This document shows positions 38,311-50,223 of a stretch of 64,000 nucleotides of DNA, in pieces. The notes under the pieces are model-generated. The model saw only the letters and a program-made list of their open reading frames with translations. It had not been told where the DNA came from and made no database searches. The number at the start of each line of letters is the position of its first letter. Position 1 is the first letter of the stretch. Source of the DNA: Octopus sinensis (lineage: Eukaryota); contig NC_042998.1 of the NCBI RefSeq assembly GCF_006345805.1, positions 96,348,001-96,412,000 of the forward strand, in the 5' to 3' direction. The position numbers and the translations under genes are program-made.

Positions 38311-38377
38311 CGATTGAGTTATAATATAACCGCATGGACAAAGAATGTCTTCGTCTCAGATATCAAATTATGATACG

Positions 38378-38590
38378 GTGGCGAGCTGGCAGAATCGTTA
38401 GCACGCCGGGCAAAATGCTTAGCAGTATTTCGTCCGTCTTTCCATTCTGAGTTCAAATTCCGCCGAGGTCGACTTTACCTTTCATTCTTTCGAAGTCGAT
38501 AAAATAAATACTAGTTGAATACTGCGGGTCAATGTAATCGATTTGCCCCCTCCTCAAACTTGCTGGTCTTGGGTCAATATTTGAACCAAT
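38378..38590 (+). mobile_element. Family A SINE
   Basis: Full head, B box, core and tail. Confidence 0.85.
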
Positions 38591-39199
38591 ATTAAATTGT
38601 GATTCTATTTCTACACAACATAATTCAAACCTGAAACAACAGGTAGATATGCGACGGCAGTCTTTGGTGGTTTGATCTCAAGGTGCTTTTGTTGTTTATT
38701 CGTCAAACAGGGTTTGCCGTCAGCAAGACACTTTTCTCTCCATGAACCCCTTGCTTCCATGAATGAGAATCGCGTGTTTTAAAAGATTTTTTCTATAGTT
38801 TTGCGCAATTCCAACCACTTTCAAACTTTTCTTCATTTCTACTTTTAGTAAGATTTCGTTGGTTGCTTAACATTACTCCTATTAGTTACAACATCTACAG
38901 TCTTTCTATATAGGTATTTACTAAACCTGATTTCTGTTTAACGATAGTATTTTCAGCACAAGCAATCAAATTAAGAGATCAAATTTGCATATGACATTCA
39001 CAAATGTGCTGTTACCCGATATGTTTTCAAGATATGATCCCTACCATTCTCTAGATGGGAGAAACCGATAAACTAGCAACAAAGAAAAAAGGCAAGTTGG
39101 CCAGAGGCTACAAAAACCTTGCTTCAAGCAAGGGTGTCCTTCTCCCAAATCCATTTATATACAAATGTAAACCACAAAAATATGTGCACATGTATGTAT

Positions 39200-39395
39200 T
39201 CTTTTATTCTTTTACTTGCTTCAGTTACTTGGCTGCAGCCATGCAGATGACTGCGGCTCTGACCTAGGATTTTTTTAAAGCCTAATATTTATTCTATCAG
39301 TTTGTTTTGCCGAAGCGCTAAGTTACAGGGACGTAAACACACCAACACCAGTTGTCAAGCTGTATGGACACGCACACACACACACACACACACAC

Positions 39396-39449
<54 letters not shown>

Positions 39450-39560
39450 GCATATACGACAGGCTTCTTCCAGTTTCTGCCTACCAAATCCACTCACAAG
39501 GCTTTTGTTGGCCTGAGGCTATAGTAGAAGACACTTCCTCAAGGTGCCACGCAGTGGGAC
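39200..39560 (-). mobile_element. Family C SINE
   Basis: Family C tail and head with internal (CA)/(CT) microsatellite. Confidence 0.8.
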
Positions 39561-39884
39561 TGTATTTATTTATTTATTTATTTATTTTATCAATGAGTTT
39601 GTTAAAAAAAGCATAAAACAACCTACATAGCATATCTAAAATAATCGGAAAATTACTGTTATTCAGTAAAAAACAGAAACGAAGTCACAATAAATTTAAG
39701 GTAATAGTAATACTAATAAGTATTAAAACAAACCTAGATGCCCTATTATCCATATTAGAGTATAACAGATTCCTTTTAGACATTCTGTGCAATAGCAAGA
39801 ATATCGATCTTCTTTGTTACTCTACGGAACTTGCTGGATAATAATGAGTTTGTCTCTTAATCTGGATGAATCTCTCTTTACTCT

Positions 39885-40328
39885 TTACTCTTTTACTTGT
39901 TTCAGTCATTTGACTGTGGCCATGCAGGAGCACCGCCTTTAGTCGAGCAAATCAACCCCAGGACTCATTCCTTGAAAGCCTAGTACTTATTCTATCGGTC
40001 TTTTTTGCCAAACCGCTAAGTTACGGAGACATAAACACACCAGCATCGGTTGTCAAGCGATGTTGGGGAGAGAAACACAGACACACAAACATACACACAC
40101 ACACACATACACACACACACGCACAAACACACACACACACACATTCACACACACACACTCACACACACACATATATATATATATATACATATATACGACG
40201 GGCTTCTTTCAGTTTCCGTCTACCAAATCCACTGACAAGATTTTAGTCGGCCCGAGGCTACAGTAGAAGACATTTGCCCAAGGAACCATGTGGTTCGTAA
40301 GCAAACTACTTACCACACAGCCACTCCT
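39885..40328 (-). mobile_element. Family C SINE
   Basis: Near full length; internal (CA)n(TA)n. Confidence 0.85.
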
Positions 40329-40949
40329 GAAAACATTTCTCTCATTTCTCTGCGTAATATAACAGCATAATCTATATTTGTCATTATAATAGAAAGTATC
40401 TTACCATTGTAATGTTACCATACAAATGTTTACCATATATCCGGCCTAAGAGATGATATTGATCTTAGTCACTGCTACTGCTTCTTCATAGATAGACTAA
40501 TCAGTATAGTTGTGCTTTTAAAAGTCGGAATTTAATAGCATACCGGATTGCTACCAAATGATATCTAGTGAATTAGTACACGTGATAGAGCGTTGGGCTG
40601 AATACCTCGTGATGTTCGTTCTGACTCTTTTCTCTCTTAGTTCAAGTTCCGCTGAAATAAGCTCCGTCTTTTTTTTTCTTTTCGGGGACGGTAAAATAAT
40701 AGTAAAACATATCAATGCCGCACAGTGGATTGGCGGAACTGGTAGTAGGTGGGGCAAGATACCAGATGCTGTCCGTACTGGTTGTTTGTGTCCTGACAGC
40801 AACGACCGTGACAACCGACGCAGGTACCAGGCTGTAGCGGATTTAAGGTTATCCTCTTTCTCTCCGACAACATCGCTGGCGTGAAGCGAGGAGACATACG
40901 TGCTTCCTCTGAAAAGCAAAATATATAAAATAGTAATTGTAATAGTAGC

Positions 40950-41409
40950 AAAAAGTGGTATAAACACGAGCCAGAGGCTGTGATAGAAAATAAGAATTAT
41001 AAGATTTTATGAAATTTCTCCATAAAGATTGAGCATACTATTGAAACAAGAAGACCGGATATTATTGTAGACGACAAAATAAATAGTGTAAGATCATAGA
41101 CTTTTCAATACCGAACGATAATAGAGTGGATGCCAAAGGAAATGAGAGAAGTCAGAAATATCAGGACTTAGCCAGACAGAAGAGACTGTGGAAAACTAAG
41201 ATGACAATTATTCCTGTGGTAATTGGTGCTTTGGGCACAACACCCAAAATTCTACCTAAAAAACTGAATGATATTTGAATTGAGATTAACATTGTCGACT
41301 TGCAAAGAAGTGCAATCCTGCAAGAATCCTAAAATATATTCTTGGGATTTGAGGAGACTCGTTGTCATTAAACTTCAAGACAACATCCGTGCTATCTAAT
41401 ATAACCTGT
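40950..41409 (+). mobile_element. 3' fragment of an R4/Dong-like RLE LINE ending in (AAT)n
   Basis: KWYKHEPEAVIENKNYKIL*NF...RRPDII...IIDFSIPND...KYQDLA...IIPVVIGALG...LQRSAIL. (AAT)n at 41410-41475. Confidence 0.85.
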
Positions 41410-41416
41410 AATAGTA

Positions 41417-41475
<59 letters not shown>

Positions 41476-41497
41476 GTTGTTGTTATTATTATTATTA

Positions 41498-41712
41498 AAG
41501 CGGCGAGCTGGCAGAATCGTTAGCACGCCGGGCAAAATGCTTGGCGGCATTTCGTCCGTCTTTACGTTCTGAGTTCAAATTCCACCGAAGTCAACTTTGC
41601 CTTTCATCCTTTCCGGGTCGATTAAATAAATACCAGTTACGCACTGGGGTCGATATAATCGACTTAATCCCTTCCCCCAAGAATGTCAGGCCCTGTGCTT
41701 ACAGTAGAAAAG
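41498..41712 (+). mobile_element. Family A SINE followed by a long (ATT)n tail
   Basis: Full head and core; (TAT/CAT)n at 41713-41887. Confidence 0.9.
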
Positions 41713-41824
41713 ATTATTATTATTATTATTATTATCATTATTATTATCATTATTATCATCATCATTATTATTATTATTATTATTATTATTCTTATTATTA
41801 TTATTATTATTATTATTAATATTA

Positions 41825-41889
<65 letters not shown>

Positions 41890-42498
41890 TGCAGATAGAG
41901 ATACAAATAAAGGTTCGAACTTTACCTGGTTAGATTTATGTAACTGTTGATAAAGGATGACCAATTGGTCAAAAAATATGGCCGACATTTCTGAATAATT
42001 GGAGGTTGTCCGACATTGAATGCCCACTTCCCTTTGTGTCGTTTAAGCAACGTTTTATATTATCATGTTTTATAGGAATTGCATCTTCAAGTATTATCAA
42101 CTCGATAACACATTATTGACAAACAAAGAAAAAATATAATAACTAATATTCAATAATCATCCTTTTTCCTCATAAAACTTTAAAAAAAATACAAGCATGA
42201 CATGATAAATACCGAACTAATAATCAATGAATAAGAATAGTCGTTTTACATCTGTTAGCATTCCTTACAAGGCTTTCTTCCGACTGACGTCACTAACACC
42301 TAATTAATTGGCAACACACTCCACGATGTTTGTTTCGTTTCATTTTATTTGATATATTTTTTGCTTTGTTTTGAGGGTTTCTTTGTTTTTTTATCTTTTT
42401 CGTATTCATTTAATCATCATTCCTGTAATCCACTAGAAATTATTGATCCCATCAACAGCTACAGTTATTTACGAGATAAAGAAAGAATAAAAAAAGAA

Positions 42499-42553
<55 letters not shown>

Positions 42554-42961
42554 ACATAGCATAACATCACAGATGTACGGTTCATGGTATAAGGAAGGTT
42601 ATTGATATTTCTTCAAAACAAACTGTGTTTTATCTTCAATGCTAAGCTAGATCTGAGCAGGATTTTACTGGGTACTGTAAGAGCATTGCTTGTTGATAGA
42701 AGACTAATGTAATTCACATTGAAAATACACACGCACTCACGCGCACGCGAGCATCAGCTGGCTGTTAAGGAAGATAAATCTCAGACGGTTGCTAACGACA
42801 TTTTAATAGCTGCTACAACTATATTATAGATTTATACAATACAAATACATATAAACCACTAAACAACACACAAAGCTATGTTAAAATTACATGAATTTTA
42901 AAACAGTTATTAATTTACAATTTATTTCATGCATACCTGTTGACGTAAATCATGAAAATAG

Positions 42962-43215
42962 CTGATGGTGGTGGTGGTAGTGGTGGCAGTGGTGGTGCTG
43001 GTGCTGGTAGTGGTAGTGGTATTTGTAGTGGTGATGATGACTGTGGTAGTTGTAGTAGTATTAAAAGAAGTGGTAGTGGTGACAGTAGTTGTAGTATTAC
43101 CACACGAAGTAGTGGTGATAGTTGTGGTGGTTGTAGTAGTAGTAGTAGTAGTAGTAATGGTGGTATTTATAGCGAAAGCAGAGGTGGTGGTAGAAGTAGT
43201 TGTTGGGGCTGTTGT
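42962..43215. repeat. Cryptic (GGT/AGT)n triplet repeat
   Basis: Seen directly; source of the Gly/Ser- and Val-rich ORFs in the track. Confidence 0.85.
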
Positions 43216-43735
43216 TTAGCCCCCACCACCTCCTCCAAGGTCAGTTCTACGATCAAACGCATTCCAGCCTTGGTCATATTGTTTCTTTTCTTGGCCTCAC
43301 TGAATCCATGACCAGATTTTCTGTGTCCTTCTTTTGTAAACCGCTGGGACGCGATATCAGGAAATTTTGCCTGCTATTTTTAACTGGTCGAATGACCAAC
43401 TAATAAGTATTTTAAAAAAGATATCAATCCTAAAACGCTAGGATATACTTCTAAGGAATTTTGGCTGCTATTTCTAGCATCTAGCCGATCGAACAACAGC
43501 CAACAGCCTCGTAAACTAAATGACAAGTGTTTTTAAAATGCTACTAAAATCATGGTAATTATAAATATTTGCAGTATATAATTTATATATATTACATAAA
43601 ATATTTAAATGTCTTTTTTTTCAATTCTACGAGCTTCCTGTTTACTAGTCTTTGTTAGAACATTCTTTCTAATTTGGGGACAAGGCCAGCAATTTTGAGA
43701 GGAGGGGAAAGTTGATACACACACACACACACACG

Positions 43736-43794
<59 letters not shown>

Positions 43795-43802
43795 CATAAT
43801 TA

Positions 43803-43874
43803 TTCGCTGATGAACCACAGATCCCGAATTAGTTTATGTTTATTTGGAAATTAATGGCGACACTCGAGTCCGGG
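43803..43874 (+). ncRNA. Hammerhead-ribozyme-like motif, copy 1 of a tandem pair
   Basis: CTGATGA 43807-43813, aCCA...TGGC stem II, GAcAC 43859-43863, TCGA, GTC 43868-43870, stem I TTCG/CGGG. Confidence 0.6.
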
Positions 43875-43932
43875 ATTAACTAACTCATTTTTTGTTCGTT
43901 CTAGTTTTATAATCGGCGTGCCTTATGAATTC

Positions 43933-43969
<37 letters not shown>

Positions 43970-44301
43970 TTTAGGTTTTAACTGGCCTCTTTAGCATGTA
44001 TAGAAATATTCTATGCACTTTTATTTTTTTTAAATATGTTGTCTTATGACTTTTATTTATTGCATGCTAACCACTGGTAATAGATTATTTTAAATTATTA
44101 CCCTCATATTTACGATAGTAATATTTATAATTCAGATGGTGTATAGGACACAGTTTTAAATTTATTTATTTAGTTACTGCTGCACTATATATTTATGCTC
44201 GCGCACTAAGTTCGAATCCATAATGGATAAAGATATAGAGTTATGCACACGTGTTTTCGGTACGTATTTGCAACTACATAATTATTCATTAATTAGCGAT
44301 C

Positions 44302-44365
44302 TCGCCGATGAGCCACACATCCCAAATTAGTTTATTTGGCAATTAATGACGAAACTCGTGTCCGG
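44302..44365 (+). ncRNA. Hammerhead-ribozyme-like motif, copy 2 of a tandem pair
   Basis: CcGATGA 44305-44311, GCCA...TGaC stem II, GAAAC 44351-44355, TCGt, GTC 44360-44362, stem I TCG/CGG. Confidence 0.6.
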
Positions 44366-44531
44366 TATTAAATAATTAATTTTTTTGTTTGTTCTAGTCT
44401 TATAATGAGCGCGCCTTGTGAATATTTTTTTTTCGTGGTTTAGGTTCCAGCTTGCCTTCTTAGCACGCAAGGAGTCCTGTCAACGGTCACCTCTTTGTGT
44501 ATAAAAATATTCTTTACACTTTTATATTTTT

Positions 44532-44534
<3 letters not shown>

Positions 44535-44563
<29 letters not shown>

Positions 44564-44745
44564 CACACACTCACTCACACACACATATACACACACACAT
44601 GACGGGCTTCTTTCAATTTCTGTCTAGCAAATCTATTTACAAAGCGTTGTTCGACCCGAAGTTATTGTAGGAGACGCTTGCCCAAGATGCTACGCAGTGG
44701 GACTGAACCTGAAATCATGTGGTTGAAAAGAAAACCCTTAACTCA
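44535..44745 (-). mobile_element. Family C SINE, 5' half
   Basis: GACGGGCTTCTTTC...CGCAGTGGGACTGAACC. Confidence 0.75.
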
Positions 44746-44852
44746 CTTCTATAGTAAATTAAGGAAAGAAAAACAAACACATAAAAAACAATAACGCGAG
44801 GACGTGGTACATGTAAAGTATTAGCAGACGCTCAGGGAAGGAAAGAAAGCTG

Positions 44853-44887
44853 GTTTAGCGTTTCGAACAACGCTCCTCTTCAGAAAC
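44853..44887 (-). ncRNA. Minimal hammerhead-like motif within a short dispersed repeat
   Basis: Minus strand GTTT-CTGAAGA-GGA(gcgttg)TTC-GAAAC-GcT-AAAC. Neighbouring sequence (44900-44945) resembles 61880-61950 and 62820-62890. Confidence 0.5.
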
Positions 44888-45010
44888 AGTAGAAAGTCCA
44901 ATAGGAAAGGAAGACGGAGGAAGAAAGTCGCCAACGATTCACATATAGTTACATTTTAAATATATATATATAGGTTGAAAAAAATTAGAGATCTATACAA
45001 ATCAAATTTT

Positions 45011-45370
45011 TATATACAAAAGATGGAGGTGGAAATAGCACAGAAGCAAATCTAAGACACTTCAATTTAAGAAGGAATTTAATAAAATTATTTTCAAAAT
45101 TATATAAAGAAAAGATTATCGGTTTCAATGATGAATCTCATCTAATCAAATATCGATAAAAATTTATAAAAACAGTTTACCTTCAGAAGATAAACTGTTT
45201 TTACTTCAAATTTTCATAAATTTTTACTGATATATAATGTGAGATTCATCATCAAAACCGCTAATATTTTCTTTATATAATTTTTTAAAATCATTTTATT
45301 AAATTCCTTCTTAAATTGAAATATCTTAGAGTTACTTCTGTGCTATTTCCACCTCCGTTTTATATATATA
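45011..45370. mobile_element. ~350-bp palindromic (fold-back) element in TA repeats
   Basis: GGAGGTGGAAATAGCACAGAAG... (45025) pairs with ...CTTCTGTGCTATTTCCACCTCC (45356). Centre AAAAACAGTTTA-11 nt-TAAACTGTTTTT. Confidence 0.85.
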
Positions 45371-45484
45371 TATGCGCAACAAAACCTCCATAAACTAGAA
45401 CCCCCTAAACAAGTATTACCCTTTTCAGTATCAGAATCCCGATTAAGGACAATTATGCAATATCAATATTTGTTATCATATAGT

Positions 45485-45697
45485 TTTCAAATTTTGGCAC
45501 AAGGCCACCGATTTCGAGGGAGTGGGTAAGTCCCTTACATTGACATCAATACTCAGCTGGTACTTATGTTATCGACCCCGAAAAGATGAAAGACAAAGTC
45601 GACCTGAGCGAAATTTGAACTGAGAGTGTAAAGGCGGAGGAAATGCCAGTAAGCATTTGGCCCGGAGGGCAAACATTTCTGCCAGGTTGCCACCTTA
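45485..45697 (-). mobile_element. Family A SINE
   Basis: Full-length reverse-complement copy. Confidence 0.85.
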
Positions 45698-46216
45698 ATA
45701 TATGTTATAATATATATACAGGAACGCCACCTTAAACCAAGGAACTAGGAACCCTTTCACAAGTTTAGTCCTCCGAGAATGAAGGACAACTTCGAACAAC
45801 GAGACCGCGGGATATAAGAATTACAAGCAACAAGTATATCAAATATATTCCCCTGTTATCAGCTGCCTAAAGAATTGCTGTTATTCCACTCCAGAAATGT
45901 GGTCAATACACGAAAATGATCTGCCCTTGTTGCTTGTATTTGGTGTGAAATATTTACTGACCTTAGGTGCAATATAGCAGAACGTTTAAGAAGTTTGTTT
46001 TGCATCTTTGAAATCCTGATTTCGATTCCACTACGCGAAATTTTGGGCAAATATTATTTTCTATCATCTCGGGTCAGCTTTCATCTTGTGAGTGAAAATG
46101 GGGAGACAGAAAATTTATAGAAGTCCATTGGCTGGATTGTACCAATTCAAGGGTTATGCTGACTCTTGCAGAGAATTATCTGTTTAAAGTTATGTGTGTC
46201 TATGGTATGTTCTGTT

Positions 46217-46640
46217 TAGTTAGTGGGTAGCGATTTTCTTCACTACTTCAGGGAGTGACGACCCTACCTGACACGAGTCGCGGGCTCAGCTGGTTCCGGC
46301 CGACAGTACCCGGTATGGGCCCCTATCCAGGTCTTCGGAAAGGAGACAACCTTCAAAGAAATCCGGAGTGGAGCCCCGTAGTCGGTTTAGTGTTCGACTC
46401 GACACTCTTCCAGCAGCTCTGCAACCAAGCTAGTGCCAAACGTAATTCTCTGCACTCCTTTGGACTACGTCAGCAAGGTCGAGAGAGGAATCCTGACGAT
46501 TGGGCTACCCAGGATTTTCTTACATCTAGCCCAGACTGGAGAGGAAACTGGAGAGGACACGAAATGTAAAAACCAGACTGGATTAGTTTATGCGCAACTC
46601 CATTGTCTCCCGACACAAAAGGATAACAACAACAACAAGT
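46217..46640 (+). mobile_element. Short non-coding RTE-like retroelement with (AAC)n tail and 11-bp TSD
   Basis: TSD TATGTTCTGTT at 46206-46216 and 46641-46651. AAATCCGGAGTGGAGCCCC and GCAACCAAGCTAGTGCCAAACG resemble RTE/BovB 5' leaders (recalled similarity). No pol III boxes seen. Confidence 0.65.
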
Positions 46641-46792
46641 TATGTTCTGTTACCAACACGTTAATTCAGAAAAAGATGATACGGTTGATCGAACTACTGA
46701 ATCCTCATCGTCGAACGACGGCGAACTAGTTATCCATTTATAATAAATTTTCTGAGATGTGCAGTTTTGGAAATATTCTTAATATATAGCCG

Positions 46793-47075
46793 AAGGCGCG
46801 TGTCCTAGTGACTGGAGTGTTTCACTCACGGTCATAAGGTCGTGGATGCCATTCTCGGAGCGGACACTGCGTTGCGTTTTTGAACAGAACACTTCATTTC
46901 ACCTTGCCTCAGTTCACTCAGCTGTAAATGAGTTCCAGCAATAACCGGGAAGTTAACCAGGCAACGGACTAGTATCCCGTTCAAAGTGGGGGAGTGGTGT
47001 TATCTCAGTCACTTATATGCTATGAAAATTGGATTAAGTACCGGCCTTATGAATCCTAGGGTTCATGAAAGACTT
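46793..47075 (+). mobile_element. tRNA-SINE with CORE-like and Meta-like blocks, degenerate
   Basis: CACTCAGCTGTAAATGAGT, GCAACGGACTAGTATCCCGTTCAA, tail CCGGCCTTATGA shared with 2539-2836. Confidence 0.6.
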
Positions 47076-47129
47076 AAGTGATATATAGTCGCCATATAAG
47101 TTTTCCAGAGAATACAATATATAATATTG

Positions 47130-47342
47130 GTTTCAAATTTTGGCACAAGGCCAGTAAGTTCGGGGTAGAGGGTAAAGCGATTATATCGACCCAGTACTCA
47201 GTTGGTATTTAATTTATCAATCTCGAAAAAAATGAAAGACAAAGCCGACCGCATCAGAATTTGAACCTAGAACGTAAAGGCGAACGAAATGCCGCTAAGC
47301 ATTGTGCCTGGCGGGCTAACGATCCTGCAAGTTCGCCACCTT
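47130..47342 (-). mobile_element. Family A SINE
   Basis: Full-length reverse-complement copy. Confidence 0.85.
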
Positions 47343-49917
47343 AATAGGATATATAATATTTGTAAAGGTTTTAGTTATGTGTTGTATGTGAGCAAAGAAG
47401 GTGTAGTGTTGTTAACATCATGCGTGTAGTGGCTTTGTTTGGGTGGTGTTGAATGGAATAGGTTGGCACGACTTCATTGGCAGATGCAATCAAGTTGTTT
47501 GTTTATGAAAGGGTTCTGTGTCTAATATGAGGTGTCAAGATAACGTAAGGATGATGCCTTCGTGGAGAATGCGAAGAAAGGAAAGGTGATATGATATAAG
47601 TGTGTGTGTGTATGTGTGTGTTTAAGATTAACAGTTAATAGCTCATTAGTGTACAATACTAAAACTTAAGGAAATGTAGCAGATACATGAGGTATATCAG
47701 AGATGATAGAATATGATTCGGAGAGGCAGTAATGTCTACGCACAAATACTCTTTTCCAAGAGGTGAGAGAGAGGCGAAGCCCATAGGTGGCCCAGAAATG
47801 TTGCTGCTATGTTTCCACAGTGGACAGAAAGAGAGACTCTAACGCTTTGTTTATATACAACCAACATTAATTTATCTATATCCAACAAATTAAATCTTCG
47901 CTAAATCGAAGGAAAATACTCAAGGCAATGAAAGAAGTGTCAAGGCAAGTTAACTTGGAAGTTTTCATACGAAGAATGCAGAATGATATTCCAACTATCT
48001 CCATTTTGTATTTTGAATTTTAGATTCAAGCAGGATTTGAGACTCCAAATGTTAGGCTATCCCTATCCACAAAATCAATATAAAGCAAACAAAAACCATT
48101 TTATTTAACGAAATAAAAGGATTACTAAGTTAAGCTTTGTAAGATAATACTCATTGTATTCTTTCTAAAAACTATATTTAAATGTTTAGTTTAAAAGATA
48201 TTACTGTTTATTTTGTATCAGACGCTATCTTATATGATTTCACAAATATCTAAGTTTGTTACTCAACCCACACACTTTCTTGTTGCTCTTAAATTATTTG
48301 AGATTACTATTTTAGTATTATGCAGAAGATATCTTATCATCATAATCATTAGTCTCTTAACTTTTGTCTTTTTTTTTGTTAATGACGTAGTTAAAGAAGA
48401 AAGACCGCGCCCATCAAGGTTTTCCGAGCCCCCGAGACTAATAAGGGAACAGGAAGAAGTTATCCATTGATTGGGGATCCGATCGAAAGCTAACAACGAA
48501 CTGAAATCTGACGAAAACTCCAAAGGGCAAGGTAATGGTTTTAAATCAAGCGACGGTTAAAAACGTTCACACAAGAACAGTAATAGTCTCAACGCGGTAC
48601 CTCTACATAGTTTCCACCAATAAAATTAATTTTATTTATAATACTATGATTGACAAGGCGCAATGGTAGGAGGTACTTGTCTAAAATGCTGCGTAGTGTT
48701 ATCAAAGCTAAAACTACGTAGTTTCTAAGCTCACTTCATAATCAAACAACCATTCTTGCGCCCATCACTAACGCTTATAAAATAACTGCCAACAGGGACA
48801 CAGTCTTTTATGCAGGTCTTTTTTATGATATATTGCGTCATATGGAATAATACTGCAATCGATTCATTCAAAAGATGTAAGTATAATAAACATGTCATGT
48901 TAGGGTTTTGTTTCTTTTTCCAGCTAACATATCAGTTTCTATTAAAGGAAGACCATTTGTAAAGACAATATGTTTCACGTAACGTTTTATATATTTTCAG
49001 TGACAAGAGATAGAAGAAAGTTGTAATATATAGAGCTATTTTACATTATTAATATCTATAGACTTATGATAATATAAATACCAGGGGGGAAAAACGAGGA
49101 TGTATTCATTGCACACCAAGTTATGAATACCCACGAGGTCGTTGAATAGACGACCCAAAAAATAGATATTTTATTCAATGTATCAATCAATCATTCCAAG
49201 GAAACCATATAAACTGTTTAGTTTCTTTAGCTTTCTTTATCAACAATTTACGTTAGCAAATGTAAGTTATCTTCAGATTCACACGGAGACCGAACATTTA
49301 TCTGCATTTTATTCCGCCATTATCCCAACAGTCTTGTACTGTTGTCTTTAGGCAGCAGATTATGAACCTGAGAGAATTTAAAGATTTATTACCGTCTACT
49401 AAAATGTAAAATAGATTTTGTTGTCGTTGTTTAGCTCCAGGTTAGTTCTCTGACTGAGCAAGCCTATGGTCAAAAGCGTTCCAGCCATGACTAACTTGTC
49501 TTACATTTCTCAAAGTAACGTTTTTAAATAAACATAATCTAATGTAGGAATTTTTTCTCTCTTTGTGCAAAAGGTAAAATTTAATTTGAAGGAGATTTGA
49601 CTGCTATCTTTAGCCGGTCAAGTGACCATCTATAAGCTTCTTCGTGGGCTTATTGAATATGTTTTAATAAAATGTGCCACTTATCGTGGAATATTTCCTA
49701 CGTGAGCTGACATAAATATATAACTGTTGGCAAAATAGAGATAAATAGAACCTTACTGTAGTACAGTAGATGCCGTTGTGCAATAATAAGAAATGTTGAT
49801 GTAAATAAAAACAAAATCTCAAGTAATTTCTGAGGATACTTTGTCTTCAAATGTGAACATGGTTGCTAAGGAAGCCTTTTTATAGAAATAGCGGAAACAC
49901 GCACACACACACATACA

Positions 49918-49993
<76 letters not shown>

Positions 49994-50019
49994 ACGCATG
50001 CATAAATATCTGGTATATT

Positions 50020-50223
50020 CAAATTTTAGCACAAGGCTAGCAATTTTGAGAGAGGGGTTAAGTCAATTTCATCGACCTCAGTGCTCAACTGGTACTTAAT
50101 TTTTAATTGACTCCGAAAGGATGAAAGGCAAAGTCAACCTCGGCAGAATTTGAGTTCAAAACGGACGATATGCCGCTAAGCATTTTCCCCGGCGTGTTAA
50201 TGATTCTGCTAGCTCGTTTCCTT
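50020..50223 (-). mobile_element. Family A SINE
   Basis: Full-length reverse-complement copy. Confidence 0.8.

Noticed and set aside
40880-40900. TCCTCGCT (HDV ribozyme L3 octamer) on the minus strand
   Set aside because: Flanks give no P3 pairing and no P1.1 GG.
42937-42961. 25-nt minus-strand micro-exon (YFHDLRQQ, CAG|GTATGC)
   Set aside because: Acceptor lies in a triplet repeat; too short to support without RNA data.
46699-46735. CGTCG-aa-CGACG-GCGAACTAGTT as a hammerhead
   Set aside because: Needs several edits to recover CTGANGA and GAAAC.
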